64,000 bases of DNA from contig JBDHAB010000001.1 of NCBI GenBank assembly GCA_039588295.1, positions 128,001-192,000 on the forward strand. Reading direction: 5' to 3'. This DNA is from Gemmatimonadota bacterium. Lineage in GTDB: Bacteria > Gemmatimonadota > Gemmatimonadetes > Gemmatimonadales > GWC2-71-9. A model generated the notes under the pieces. The model ran no database searches and had not been told where the DNA came from. It saw only the letters and a program-made list of their open reading frames with translations. Each line of letters starts with the position of its first letter. Position 1 is the stretch's first letter. A program made the translations under genes and the position numbers. Positions 9,050-19,342 of this stretch are shown here, piece by piece.

Positions 9050-11179
9050 TCAGGATGACGGGTGGAACCGCTCGTCGGTGGACACCATACGAACGAGACG
9101 TTCAGTCGGTGCAAAGCGAGCACCGTATTTCTGAGCCAACTCTTCGAGAATGTCTATCGCCTGGGCAGCACCGAGTTCGTCGAGATACCGCAGCGGACCA
9201 CCACGGAACGGCGGAAACCCCATGCCGAAGACTGCACCGATATCCCCGTCCCGAGCCGACCGAAGGACACCCTCATCCAAGGCCCGCACCGCTTCGTTCA
9301 GCATGACGAACACCAAGCGGGATTCGACATCCTCCTTCGGGACCCGTGAGTCGGGCGCCGCACCGATAATCTCGTACGCCGTCTGGTCAACCTCGCGCCG
9401 CTTGTTCCCTTCATAGCTGAAGAAACCTCGCCCGTTCTTGCGCCCCAGGCGACCGTCTTCGGTCATCCGCGCCAGACCCTCCATGGGCCTCAGTCGATCA
9501 CCGAACGCGTCGTGCAGCACGGCGGACGCCTTTTGGGCCACGTCCAACCCGATTTCGTCGAGCAGCGTGATGGGACCCACGGGGAAGCCGAATCTCGTCA
9601 TCGCGCGATCGATGACTTCGACGGTGACACCCTCCTCCAGTAGGCGACCAGCTTCGTTTAGGTACGGTGCCAAGATTCGGTTCACCCAAAACCCTGGGTG
9701 GTCCTGGACCACGATCACCGTCTTGCCCATGCTCCGCCCAAACTCCACAGCCGTCACTGTGGCCCATCGGGCCGTCTGCTTGGTTACGATCACCTCGAGC
9801 AGCGGCATTTTCTCGACCGGTGAGAAGAAGTGCATTCCCAGCATACGTTCCGGTCGAGACAGTCCTTCCGCTACGCGCGCAATGGGAATCGTCGAGGTAT
9901 TTGACGCAAGGAGGCAGTCGTCACGGACGTGACGCTCCAGCTCACCAAAGACCTGGCGCTTAACCTCGAGATCCTCAAACACCGCCTCGACCACGACGTC
10001 AGCGCGGGCAAACCCGCTCCAGCCGGTGCCTCCCGAGAGGAGCTGCTCCAGCTTCTGGTGCTCTTGCCTCGTGATCCGGCCTCGCTTCAGCCGCTCCTTC
10101 AGGATTCGTCGGGACGCCTTCAGGCCCCGGGCGATGCTCTCAAGGTCGCGGTCACGAAACCGAACGTCGACACCCGCTTGCATGACCGCGACGCCCCCAA
10201 TCGACGCGCCCATGAATCCGGCGCCAATGATGCCGAGGTTCGCCACCGTGCGGGGTGCGGGCGCCTCGCCTTCAACCCCTGCGTCTTTCTTCAGTGCCGT
10301 GCTTGCGAAGAAGAGGCGGACCAGGTTGCGCGACACTTCCCCCACGGCCAGCTCGGCAAAGAGCGAGGCTTCCAGGTCGAGGCCGGCCTCGACCCCATGT
10401 TTCATGCCGTGCTCCACGGCTTGGAGCGCCGCAAGCGGCGCCGGGTAGTGGCCGCCAGTCCGTTTAAGGAGCTGCTTCCGCGCGCCCGCATAGACCACGC
10501 GTCGACCAAGGCGGTTCTTGTCGAGGGCAAGACTCCCCAGTGCGAGACGTCGACGGTTCGGACGCCAACCGTCCGCAAGCTTCTTCGCCGCTTCGTGCGC
10601 GACCCGGTCGAGGATCGCGGGGTGCACGAGTTCATCGACAATTCCGGCACGGTGCGCCCGTCGTGCCGGCAGCTGCTTGCCAGGCAGAATCATGTCGAGC
10701 GCCGCACGGACGCCGATCAGGCGTGGCAATCGCTGACACGCCCCTGCCGCCGGAATGATGCCGAGCTGGACCTCTGGGAGGCCGATACGCGTCTTGGGGT
10801 GGTCGGTGGCGATTCGGTAGGTGCAGGCGAGCGCTGCTTCGAGACCGCCTCCGAGACACGTGCCGTGAATCGCCGCCACCACTGGCTTTCCCAGCAACGC
10901 AATTCGATCGATCAACGCCTGGCCGGCGCGAACGAGCGCATGGGCCTCCTGTCGTGATCTGAGTCGGATGAACTCGTCGATGTCAGCCCCCGCAATGAAC
11001 GACTCGGGCTTTCGCGATATGAGGACCAATGCGCGCACATCACTGTCGGAGGCAACGCGTCCCAACAGCGCGTCGAGTTCGTCTCGCACACTCCTGGTGA
11101 ACTTGTTGATCGGCTCACCCGGCAGGTCGAATTCCAGCCAACCGACACCGTGTTGAAACCGCGTCGTGAAGGCGCTCAT
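9050..11179 (-). CDS. fadJ: fatty acid oxidation complex alpha subunit (enoyl-CoA hydratase/3-hydroxyacyl-CoA dehydrogenase)
   Basis: Motifs FIAGADI, GGGLE, GLPEVQLG, GAGFMG, EAVFEDL, GMHFFSPV. ATG 11179 overlaps the thiolase stop (ATGA). Confidence 0.93.
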   Translation of the reverse strand: MSAFTTRFQHGVGWLEFDLPGEPINKFTRSVRDELDALLGRVASDSDVRALVLISRKPESFIAGADIDEFIRLRSRQEAHALVRAGQALIDRIALLGKPVVAAIHGTCLGGGLEAALACTYRIATDHPKTRIGLPEVQLGIIPAAGACQRLPRLIGVRAALDMILPGKQLPARRAHRAGIVDELVHPAILDRVAHEAAKKLADGWRPNRRRLALGSLALDKNRLGRRVVYAGARKQLLKRTGGHYPAPLAALQAVEHGMKHGVEAGLDLEASLFAELAVGEVSRNLVRLFFASTALKKDAGVEGEAPAPRTVANLGIIGAGFMGASIGGVAVMQAGVDVRFRDRDLESIARGLKASRRILKERLKRGRITRQEHQKLEQLLSGGTGWSGFARADVVVEAVFEDLEVKRQVFGELERHVRDDCLLASNTSTIPIARVAEGLSRPERMLGMHFFSPVEKMPLLEVIVTKQTARWATVTAVEFGRSMGKTVIVVQDHPGFWVNRILAPYLNEAGRLLEEGVTVEVIDRAMTRFGFPVGPITLLDEIGLDVAQKASAVLHDAFGDRLRPMEGLARMTEDGRLGRKNGRGFFSYEGNKRREVDQTAYEIIGAAPDSRVPKEDVESRLVFVMLNEAVRALDEGVLRSARDGDIGAVFGMGFPPFRGGPLRYLDELGAAQAIDILEELAQKYGARFAPTERLVRMVSTDERFHPSS

Positions 11180-12468
11180 GGGTGCTCCAAGACCATGGCG
11201 AACCCCATGCCCCCCTGCGCACACACCGAGATCAACCCGAACTGCACACCGCGCCGCTGCATCTCATTCGCGAGCGTCGTCGTGATCCGCGCCCCGGTTG
11301 CGCCGAACGGATGGCCAATGGCAATAGAGCCACCCATGACATTGAGCGTCTCCCAATCGACAGTGCCAATCGGCTCGGCGCGGCCCAAGCGTTCGGCAGC
11401 CCACTGCTTCGACTCGAACGCCTGAATGTTCGAGAGCACTTGCGACGCGAACGCCTCGTGCATCTCGACCAAACCGAGGTCGGACCATGTAATGCCCGCC
11501 CGATCGAGCGCCTTCGGCACGGCGTACGCGGGTCCCATGAGCAATTGATCGCCCGGGTCCAGGGCGGCCACGGCGTACGATCGGATGAACGCGAGCGGCT
11601 CGTACCCGAGAGCGCCTGCCGCCTCCTCACTCATGAGGATCACCGCACCGGCTCCGTCAGTCAGTGGGGAGGCGTTGGCCGCAGTCACGGTGCCGTATCG
11701 TCGGTCGAACGCGGGTCGTAGTTTCGCCATCTCCTCGACGCTTGCGTCAGGCCGCACGCCATTGTCTCGAACGATGGCCTTGCCATCCGGCAAGAAGAAC
11801 GGCGCAATCTCAGCGCCGAGTCGGCCGTCTTCGGTACCGGCGTGTGCAAGCTCGTGGCTCCGCAGGGCGAACTCGTCTTGCGCCTGCCGTGTGATGCCGT
11901 TGAGCTTCGCCATCTTCTCGGCCGACTGGCCCATGGTCTCACCCGTCGAGGGCTCGGCGATTGCCGGAGTCAGTGGTACGAGATCCTTCGGACGGAACGC
12001 TGCGAGCAGTTTCATCCGTTGTCGCGTGCTCTTCGCCTTGCTGAGCCCCACCAGGAGTTCCGAGAAGCGCTTTGAGTGCAGAATCGGCACGTTCGACAGC
12101 GACTCGGCCCCACCTGCGAGCACGACATCGGCATGCCCGAGCACGATCTGATCGTGCCCGAGCACGATGGCGCTGTTGGCCGACGCACAGGCACGGTTGA
12201 CGGATGCGGCCGGGATGTTCGCCGGGAACTGCGGAAGGAGGCTGACTTCGCGTGCAACGTTCGGCGTGAGCGGGCTCGGCACAACTTGCCCGAAGTAGAT
12301 TTCGTCGACGTCTTTGCCACTCAGGTCGGCCCGATGAACGAGTTCGACCACGGTGTGTTTGGCGAGGTCCAGCGCAGTCACGTCGTTGAGCAGCGTGCCC
12401 GCTTTACAGAATGGGGAGCGACATCCCGCCACTACCGCGACCCGACGTCGCTGTGCGCGCTGCATCAT
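11176..12468 (-). CDS. fadI: acetyl-CoA C-acyltransferase (3-ketoacyl-CoA thiolase)
   Basis: Motifs NRACAS, HEAFA, GHPFGATG, CAQGG. Adjacent to the fadJ-like gene. Confidence 0.93.
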   Translation of the reverse strand: MMQRAQRRRVAVVAGCRSPFCKAGTLLNDVTALDLAKHTVVELVHRADLSGKDVDEIYFGQVVPSPLTPNVAREVSLLPQFPANIPAASVNRACASANSAIVLGHDQIVLGHADVVLAGGAESLSNVPILHSKRFSELLVGLSKAKSTRQRMKLLAAFRPKDLVPLTPAIAEPSTGETMGQSAEKMAKLNGITRQAQDEFALRSHELAHAGTEDGRLGAEIAPFFLPDGKAIVRDNGVRPDASVEEMAKLRPAFDRRYGTVTAANASPLTDGAGAVILMSEEAAGALGYEPLAFIRSYAVAALDPGDQLLMGPAYAVPKALDRAGITWSDLGLVEMHEAFASQVLSNIQAFESKQWAAERLGRAEPIGTVDWETLNVMGGSIAIGHPFGATGARITTTLANEMQRRGVQFGLISVCAQGGMGFAMVLEHP

Positions 12469-12540
12469 GATCCCGAAAGCTACCCGGAGGCTGACACCGG
12501 GTCTAGAACGGCTCTTGTGGTATGGTGATCTCTCGACGCA

Positions 12541-13083
12541 TCATTCGGTGGGACGCCGGGCCAGAAGACTTGCGAGCGCTCGAGTGCGTCCGTCGAGAAT
12601 CTCGAGCACCTCGCGAATGAGCACGATCTCGAACGGGGCTGCCAGAGTCCACAGCTCGCCACGCTTGAGGAGGTGCTCGTCCGATGTCGGCCCCCAACCC
12701 AGTTCGCGCTGTTGCTCGAGAAAGGTCTCGGCCTCGAAGTAGCCGCCGGGCTTCACCAATGCCATGAACTCCGAAAGGCGGGTCCGGTCGAGGTAATTGA
12801 ACTGCATCACGAGATCATACGGACCTTGCGGAATGGGATCCCGGGTCAGATCCGCCTCGATCCATTGTACCTTCACGTTGGATCTACGCGCGTCTTCCTC
12901 CGCCTCGCGCAGCCGATCCGGGTCCCGATCCACGGCGACTACGGTGGCTCCATGCTGGGCGGCAGCGATGGCATGGCAGCCACGACCGCAGGCCAGGTCC
13001 AAGACCCGCATTCCGGGCTGAAGCAGCCGGGCATGCCACTGAAACCACGTACTGGGGATGCACCGACCATGCGCGGCTGACAC
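12541..13083 (-). CDS. class I SAM-dependent methyltransferase (TehB-like)
   Basis: Motif I VLDLACGRG, then AVD and YDLVMQFNYLDR. Confidence 0.85.
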   Translation of the reverse strand: MSAAHGRCIPSTWFQWHARLLQPGMRVLDLACGRGCHAIAAAQHGATVVAVDRDPDRLREAEEDARRSNVKVQWIEADLTRDPIPQGPYDLVMQFNYLDRTRLSEFMALVKPGGYFEAETFLEQQRELGWGPTSDEHLLKRGELWTLAAPFEIVLIREVLEILDGRTRALASLLARRPTE

Positions 13084-13086
13084 CTA

Positions 13087-14751
13087 ATGGACGCTCCTTT
13101 TTCTCATCGAACTCGAGCCGAAAACCTCGCGCTGATGACGACCGAACCCGTCGACTTGCTCATCATCGGCGGCGGGGTGACCGGCGCAGGTATTGCCCGA
13201 GACGCTAGCATGCGGGGCCTGCGCACGGCCGTGGTCGACAAGGGCGACTTCGGCTCCGGAACCAGTTCTCGCAGCTCGCGTCTGGTCCACGGCGGACTGC
13301 GCTACTTGGAGCACGGGCACCTGCGGCTCGTCTTCGAGGCCTGCCGCGAACGCCGGATCTTGCTCAAGATCGCACCCCATCTGGTCTGGCCACGCTCGTT
13401 CCTGTTCCCGGTGCATCGGGGAGCCCGGGTGCCGAGGTGGAAGCTCGCGGCCGGACTCTGGCTCTACGACCTCCTCGCCCTCTTCCGGAATGTGCGCCAG
13501 CATCGAATGCTGAGCAAGCGCGCCCTGTTACGGGCAGAGCCCGGGCTGCGCTCACACGATCTCGTCGGGGGTGCGCGCTACTACGACGCTCAATGCGACG
13601 ATGCGCGGCTCGCCCTCGCGAACGTTCGCGACGCCCATCGCCACGGCGCACTCGCGGCCAACTACGCCCGCGTCGACCAGCTTGAGTCGGCCGCCGGCCG
13701 CGTGGGCGGCGCGCGGATCACCGACCTCGTCACCGGTGACACACGTACCGCTCGAGCGCTCGTGGTGGTCAATGCGACGGGTCCTTGGACCGACGGCATC
13801 CGTGCGACCGACGGCGGCGCGCCAGTGCTCCACACCACGAAGGGCATCCATGTCGTGGTGCCTCGGAACCGCGTCGGGAATCATGAGGGGCTCACCATAA
13901 CTTCGCCGATCGACGGCCGGGTCATGTTCCTTGTTCCGTGGGGCGATGTCACCTACATCGGCACCACCGAGACCGAACTCGCTGGATCGCCCGACGACGT
14001 GCATGCGGACGCAGACGGCGTCATCTACCTGCTTCGATCGGCGAACGCCCTGTTTCCCGAAGCTCGCCTCACCCCCGCCGACGTGCTGGCGACGTGGGCC
14101 GGCGTTCGTCCGCTCATCCGGCAGCACGGCGCCGAGGATCCCAACGCAGTCTCTCGAGAGCACACGATACTCGAGAGCGATTCCGGACTGGTGTCGATCG
14201 TCGGCGGAAAACTGACCACGTACCGGTCCATGGCCGCGGAAGTCGTCGATGTCGTTGTCCGACGGCTGCACAACCACGATGGGCGAACCATTCCCCCACG
14301 GCCACCCACCGATCGCGAAGCGTTACCAGGTGGCGAGACCCGCGATCTCGACGTGATGATCGAGTCCGCCGTTGCCGAGGGATTTGCCGAGAATGTGGCG
14401 AGGCATCTGGTGCACACCTATGGCAGTGAGACTCCCGCAGTCCTCCGCCTCGCGCAGTCCGAACCACAGTACGGTGAACCCGTAGTCCCGGATCACCCGA
14501 CACTGTGGGCTGAGCTCGTACACGCGATGCGGCGGGAGATGGCGGTCACCCTCGGGGACCTCTTGGTTCGACGCACCCATCTGTTCTACGTCGCGCCGCG
14601 AAGGATTCTCGACGCACTCCCCGACGTCGCCGCCGTCGCGGCCCGTGAGATGGAGTGGGATGGCGCTCGCCAAGATGCGGAACTGGCTGCCTACCGCTAC
14701 GAAGTCGAGCGAAACAACACGTTCCGCGCTGAATCCCACCAGGAGGATTAG
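13087..14751 (+). CDS. glpD: FAD-dependent glycerol-3-phosphate dehydrogenase
   Basis: Motifs IIGGGVTG, GTSSRSSRLVHGGLRYLE, NATGPW, WAGVRPL, GGKLTTYR. Confidence 0.93.
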   Translation: MDAPFSHRTRAENLALMTTEPVDLLIIGGGVTGAGIARDASMRGLRTAVVDKGDFGSGTSSRSSRLVHGGLRYLEHGHLRLVFEACRERRILLKIAPHLVWPRSFLFPVHRGARVPRWKLAAGLWLYDLLALFRNVRQHRMLSKRALLRAEPGLRSHDLVGGARYYDAQCDDARLALANVRDAHRHGALAANYARVDQLESAAGRVGGARITDLVTGDTRTARALVVVNATGPWTDGIRATDGGAPVLHTTKGIHVVVPRNRVGNHEGLTITSPIDGRVMFLVPWGDVTYIGTTETELAGSPDDVHADADGVIYLLRSANALFPEARLTPADVLATWAGVRPLIRQHGAEDPNAVSREHTILESDSGLVSIVGGKLTTYRSMAAEVVDVVVRRLHNHDGRTIPPRPPTDREALPGGETRDLDVMIESAVAEGFAENVARHLVHTYGSETPAVLRLAQSEPQYGEPVVPDHPTLWAELVHAMRREMAVTLGDLLVRRTHLFYVAPRRILDALPDVAAVAAREMEWDGARQDAELAAYRYEVERNNTFRAESHQED

Positions 14752-14757
14752 CGCCGC

Positions 14758-15906
14758 CTAGCTCTCGACGTCCGGCAGCGCCGACCCGTGCACGCGCGCG
14801 TCCCTGAACGCCCGCGCACCTTGGTACGCCGTTCGCAGGCGCTCCATCATCGCTCCACGCCGGTCGTAGAGACGCTTTGGCTTCCGCGGCTTGCGCTTTG
14901 CGAGCGCGTACCCCGTGAGGATCGGCAGCCCGACCGTCCCGTCGAGGTAGCACACAACGGTGCCCAGCAGCTGATCGGGGTCCACCTTACCCCAACTCAC
15001 AGCTTCGGCGGGGGTTGCTCCAGACAGGCCTCCCGTGTCCACACGAGCATCCGTGATCTGCACGTAGTAGTCGTGCCCGCGCTCCTCGATTCCAAGCACC
15101 TCCTGTATCTGTGGCTCCGTCTGCAGCACGAAATTCTTGGGACTTCCACCGCCGATGATCAACACACCGCTCTTGCCGCCATCCTGCTTTGCGTCCAGCA
15201 CGATAGCCGCCGTTTCGTTCACGTCGGCCGACACATCATAGGCAATGGCGTATCCGTCGAGCGCCAGCTCAGCGACGTTCATTCCAATCGACGAATCCCC
15301 CGGCGACGACGTGTAGATCGGCACACCGTACTCGTGCGCCGCCGCGAGCACCGACTTCTGCTTGAGGCCGAGCTCCCGCTCCCTTTCCGCCATGTACTTA
15401 CCCAGGAGGTAGTGGTGTTCCGCGGAACTCATCGAGCGTTGAAACTCGGGAGCCTGCGAGACGCGACGGAGATACTCATCCGTCTGCAGGAGGACAGCGT
15501 AATCGAAGAAGATGTCGAAGATCCGCACGACACCTTCCTCACGCAGCTTCACATCGTCCGCACGCGGCGTACCCCGATGCATCGAGAAGCCAAGCGCAAA
15601 ATGACAGTCGTGATACAGGTTGGCGCCTGTGGACACGATCCAGTCCACAAAGCCGGCTTCGATCAGCGGGATCACACAGGACATCCCGATGCCCGCCGGA
15701 GTCATCGCACCGGTCAGACTCAGTCCGACGGTGACGTCCTCTTCGAGCATGCGCTGAGCAAAGAGCTGGGCGGCCTCGCGCAGCCGGCCGGCGTTGTAGG
15801 CCAAGAAGGTGTCCTCGACCAATCCGACGACGCTCTCGTCACCCCGAATCGGGCGCGGGCTGATCGACTTGCCCCTCAGGAGTTCTCGCTTCCGACCAGT
15901 CATCAC
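14758..15906 (-). CDS. deoxyhypusine synthase-like protein (probable homospermidine synthase)
   Basis: Motifs [48 protein letters not shown]. Confidence 0.88.
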   Translation of the reverse strand: MMTGRKRELLRGKSISPRPIRGDESVVGLVEDTFLAYNAGRLREAAQLFAQRMLEEDVTVGLSLTGAMTPAGIGMSCVIPLIEAGFVDWIVSTGANLYHDCHFALGFSMHRGTPRADDVKLREEGVVRIFDIFFDYAVLLQTDEYLRRVSQAPEFQRSMSSAEHHYLLGKYMAERERELGLKQKSVLAAAHEYGVPIYTSSPGDSSIGMNVAELALDGYAIAYDVSADVNETAAIVLDAKQDGGKSGVLIIGGGSPKNFVLQTEPQIQEVLGIEERGHDYYVQITDARVDTGGLSGATPAEAVSWGKVDPDQLLGTVVCYLDGTVGLPILTGYALAKRKPRKPKRLYDRRGAMMERLRTAYQGARAFRDARVHGSALPDVES

Positions 15907-15928
15907 ACCTCTCTCCTCAGGAACCCTG

Positions 15929-16681
15929 TCAGGGAATCACATCTTCGGTCCGCAGGTCGCGGGCGGCCACGATTGCTTCCACCGCTGCACCAGGATCGTC
16001 AACCACACGGAAGATGTCGAGATCCTCTGGCGAGATCTTGCGCTCCAACGCCATCGTGTCCTTCATCCACGAAATCAGCCCCGCCCAATAAGCCCTGCTC
16101 ATCAAGATGACAGGCATGTCCCTCACCTTGCCGGTCTGAATCAAGGTCATCGCCTCGAACAGCTCGTCCAAGGTGCCAAAACCACCCGGGAAGATGATGA
16201 ACGCCGTCGAGTACTTCACGAGCATCGTCTTGCGGACGAAGAAGTACCGGAAGTCAATCACGCGATCGAGATACGGATTGGCGTACTGCTCTTCCGGCAG
16301 CTCGATGTTCAGCCCGATCGATGGGGTGCCTGCCTCGCGAGCACCGCGATTGGCCGCCTCCATAATGCCGGGCCCGGCTCCCGTCAGTATCGTGAACCCT
16401 TCGGCCCCGACACGCCGGGCGGTCTCCGTGGCCAGTTGATACATCGGATCTTCGGGCCGCGCCCGAGCCGAACCGAAGATCGTGACCGCGTGACCGACAT
16501 CGGCCAATTCGTCAAAGCCGGCGACAAACTCCCCCATGATGCGCAGAACCCGCCATGGATCGGTCTGCGTAAAGGCACCCCGCTCCACGTGCGGTGCAAC
16601 AAACAGTTGCTCGTCTGCGGTGACGCGATGGCTCGAGCGGTGTGAAGCGTCAGGATCTGAGGATTTCGATCGCTGCGACAT
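15929..16681 (-). CDS. LOG family (TIGR00730) nucleotide monophosphate nucleosidase
   Basis: Motifs [32 protein letters not shown]. Start uncertain (ATG 16681 or 16687). Confidence 0.9.
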   Translation of the reverse strand: MSQRSKSSDPDASHRSSHRVTADEQLFVAPHVERGAFTQTDPWRVLRIMGEFVAGFDELADVGHAVTIFGSARARPEDPMYQLATETARRVGAEGFTILTGAGPGIMEAANRGAREAGTPSIGLNIELPEEQYANPYLDRVIDFRYFFVRKTMLVKYSTAFIIFPGGFGTLDELFEAMTLIQTGKVRDMPVILMSRAYWAGLISWMKDTMALERKISPEDLDIFRVVDDPGAAVEAIVAARDLRTEDVIP

Positions 16682-17801
16682 TGTCATCCACAAGGTTATA
16701 GAAGTAAGGGGAGAGGCGCACATGACCGGGCCGCGCGTCGACCACGATCCCGGCTTCAGCCAGCCGTCGTACGTCGCCCGCCGGGTCGGGGCGCGGGACC
16801 ATGACAATCGCCGACCGCACGGTGGCGTCTGATGCGACTCGTGGAGCGAGACCTGCCTGTCGAGCACGCGTAATCAGATCTTCTGTCAGTGCATCGACAA
16901 CCTCGCGAATGCGGGGAACACCGATCTCGCGAATGAGCTCGAGGCCTCCGAGCTGGGTATACACCGCCGCAAGCGCCGGCGTCCCTTGCTCGAAGCGCCT
17001 CGCGTCATCGTGCCAGACGATGCTTCGAGGATCGAACGTGAACTGCTCCGCGTGTGCAAACCACCCGGTCACTGTAGGAGTAAGGCGCTGGATGAGTTCC
17101 GACCGGACGTAGAGGAATACAATGCCAGGTCCGCCCAGCAGCCACTTGAGGCCACCCGCACTCATGAAATCGACACCGAGGTGCCGCACGTCGACGGGGA
17201 TCTGTCCCACGCTCTGGTACGCGTCGATGTAGCACAGAGCACCCTTCGCATGGGCGATCTCGGCCACTGCCCGGACGTCTTGGATCGCTCCTGTGGTGAA
17301 AAACACGTGCGATGTCGCAACGAGCGCCGTACGCTCGTCGACGGCCCGGTCCAAGTCCACGAGATCAATGCCAATCCCGTCTCGACTCTCTACCACCTCG
17401 ACCTCGACGCCGGCACCCTGCTTGGCAATCCATTGGTATGCAACCGTGGGAAAGTCGAGGTCGGTCGTCACGACCTTCGGGCGCCCGGTATGATCCAGTG
17501 CTCCCGCCAGCACCGCCGTCGCGGTCGAGACGGAGGCGTGCAGCGCGATCTCCCCTGGCTGGGCTCCAATGGTCGCTCCGTATTCACTTCTCAGTTGTGC
17601 CAGCGCGTCCCACCACACACCGTACCAGGCTGCGGCCCCGCGATCCGACCACTCGTCGAGAAACTCGGTGAGCTTGCGGCGAGATCGGTGCGAAAGCGCC
17701 CCGAGTGAGCAAGAATTGAGATAGATCTGTCGCTCGAAGATGGGGAACTCAGCGCGATAACCAGCAAGGGAGTGAACGGCGGTGGTCCTTGCGAGCGTCA
17801 T
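16650..17801 (-). CDS. PLP-dependent aminotransferase class V (kynureninase-like)
   Basis: Motifs YLNSCSLG, DAYQSVG, GGLKWLLGGPG, RLSPYFYN. Confidence 0.88.
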   Translation of the reverse strand: MTLARTTAVHSLAGYRAEFPIFERQIYLNSCSLGALSHRSRRKLTEFLDEWSDRGAAAWYGVWWDALAQLRSEYGATIGAQPGEIALHASVSTATAVLAGALDHTGRPKVVTTDLDFPTVAYQWIAKQGAGVEVEVVESRDGIGIDLVDLDRAVDERTALVATSHVFFTTGAIQDVRAVAEIAHAKGALCYIDAYQSVGQIPVDVRHLGVDFMSAGGLKWLLGGPGIVFLYVRSELIQRLTPTVTGWFAHAEQFTFDPRSIVWHDDARRFEQGTPALAAVYTQLGGLELIREIGVPRIREVVDALTEDLITRARQAGLAPRVASDATVRSAIVMVPRPDPAGDVRRLAEAGIVVDARPGHVRLSPYFYNLVDDNVAAIEILRS

Positions 17802-17834
17802 AGGCGAGCAATATACAAGTATGTTACAACGGGG

Positions 17835-18092
17835 TCAGGTTTCGGGTGCCATTGCACCACGCTGCCGCCGAGCAATAGCCACGAGACTCACGGCGGCCCA
17901 GACGCCCTCGAGGATCACGAAGCCGATGCGCTGATCGAGCACCGCCACAACGGTCAGCGCGAGTGCGCCGATGAAGTTGAACCAGAGATACCCTGAGCCG
18001 GTGCTTGTCCACCAGCGTTGCTGCAGCGCGACGTAGGCACCGAGGACCAACCCGGCTCCCACGAGCGAGACGAATTGCACGATCAGATTCAT
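17835..18092 (-). CDS. small membrane protein (CBU_0592-like)
   Basis: MNLIVQFVSLVGAGLVLGAY...YLWFNFIGA...GFVILEGVW, with three hydrophobic segments. ATG at 18092. Confidence 0.75.
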   Translation of the reverse strand: MNLIVQFVSLVGAGLVLGAYVALQQRWWTSTGSGYLWFNFIGALALTVVAVLDQRIGFVILEGVWAAVSLVAIARRQRGAMAPET

Positions 18093-18137
18093 GAGCACGC
18101 TTCCGGCCGACGTCCGAGTTGGCTGAGGCTGACACTG

Positions 18138-18368
18138 ATGTTGACTCTTCGCGCGGCGGTTAATCCCCGCCTGGCGATTGACCTCGTGCGCATGGCCTGG
18201 GCGTTCCGCGCCCGAGGCTGGTTCCGGCGCGCACCGTTCCTGCCGCTGCCACCGAGCGACTACATGCGCTGGCGCATGTATACGGCCTACGGCGACGAAC
18301 AGGCGGTTCCACCAGTCGAAGACATCATCCGATTCGCCCGCTGGCGCCGAGAGGTCATGCATCTGTGA
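18138..18368 (+). CDS. hypothetical protein
   Basis: WFRRAPFLPLPPSDYMRWRMYTAYG-type sequence. Its stop overlaps the queG GTG start (GTGA). Start uncertain. Confidence 0.7.
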   Translation: MLTLRAAVNPRLAIDLVRMAWAFRARGWFRRAPFLPLPPSDYMRWRMYTAYGDEQAVPPVEDIIRFARWRREVMHL

Positions 18369-19342
18369 CACCGGAGCGACAGGCACAGCGGGTGAAAGCC
18401 TATGCTCGCACCCTGGGGTTCGACGTGGTCGGCATCACCCACCTCGAGCCCGTCCCGCATGGTGACGCCCTAACCCGGTGGCTCGAGCACGGCATGGCGG
18501 CCACCATGACCTACATGCACCGTCAAGCGGGGCGCCGCCGCAATCCGGCCACGATCATCCCCGGCGCCACTCGGGCGGTGATGTTAGCCAGAAACTACTT
18601 CCACCCCGACTCCCCACCCGAACCGGGTTCCGGACACGTCGCAAAGTACGCACGCGGGCGCGATTACCATCACGCCCTGCACACACCGCTGACGCAGTTG
18701 GCGTCGTACATCCAGACGCTCGGCGACGAGCAGACGATCGCGCAGGCGTTCGTCGACGCGGGACCGGTACCGGAACGCGAGTTGGCTCAGCGCGCCGGCA
18801 TCGGCTGGATTGGCAAGAACACCATGTTAATCCATCCGCGCCGCGGTTCCTTCTTCTTCCTTGCCGCGATCCTGACCAATCTGAAGCTGACGGTCGACTC
18901 GGCCTTCGACACTGACCACTGCGGCACCTGCCGTCGTTGTCTCGACGCCTGCCCAACAAATGCCTTCGTGGATGAATATGTGCTCGACAGTGCCCGCTGT
19001 ATCTCCTATCTGACCATCGAGCATCGGGACGCCATCGACGCCAGTTTGCACTCGGGGATGGGTACCTGGATCTTCGGCTGCGACGTGTGTCAGGACGTGT
19101 GTCCCTGGAACGTGAAGTTCGCACTCGAGGACGGCGAAACGATGCTCGGCTACACGGCCTCTCTCGAGTGGCTCGCCATCGACGCGCTGCTTACCCTCTC
19201 GGAGGATGACTTCCGACGCCGCTTCGGCTGGACGGCACTCGAACGCACCGGAGTGCGCGGGTTACGCCGCAACGCGCGCATCGCATCTCAGGCGAGGTCC
19301 GTTACCGCACCCGATCCTCCCAGCGCAACTCTGGGCGCTTAG
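18365..19342 (+). CDS. queG: tRNA epoxyqueuosine(34) reductase
   Basis: Motifs YARGRDYH, ERELAQRAGIGWIGKN, CGTCRRCLDACPT, RCISYLTIE, FGCDVCQDVCPWN. Confidence 0.95.
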   Translation: MTPERQAQRVKAYARTLGFDVVGITHLEPVPHGDALTRWLEHGMAATMTYMHRQAGRRRNPATIIPGATRAVMLARNYFHPDSPPEPGSGHVAKYARGRDYHHALHTPLTQLASYIQTLGDEQTIAQAFVDAGPVPERELAQRAGIGWIGKNTMLIHPRRGSFFFLAAILTNLKLTVDSAFDTDHCGTCRRCLDACPTNAFVDEYVLDSARCISYLTIEHRDAIDASLHSGMGTWIFGCDVCQDVCPWNVKFALEDGETMLGYTASLEWLAIDALLTLSEDDFRRRFGWTALERTGVRGLRRNARIASQARSVTAPDPPSATLGA

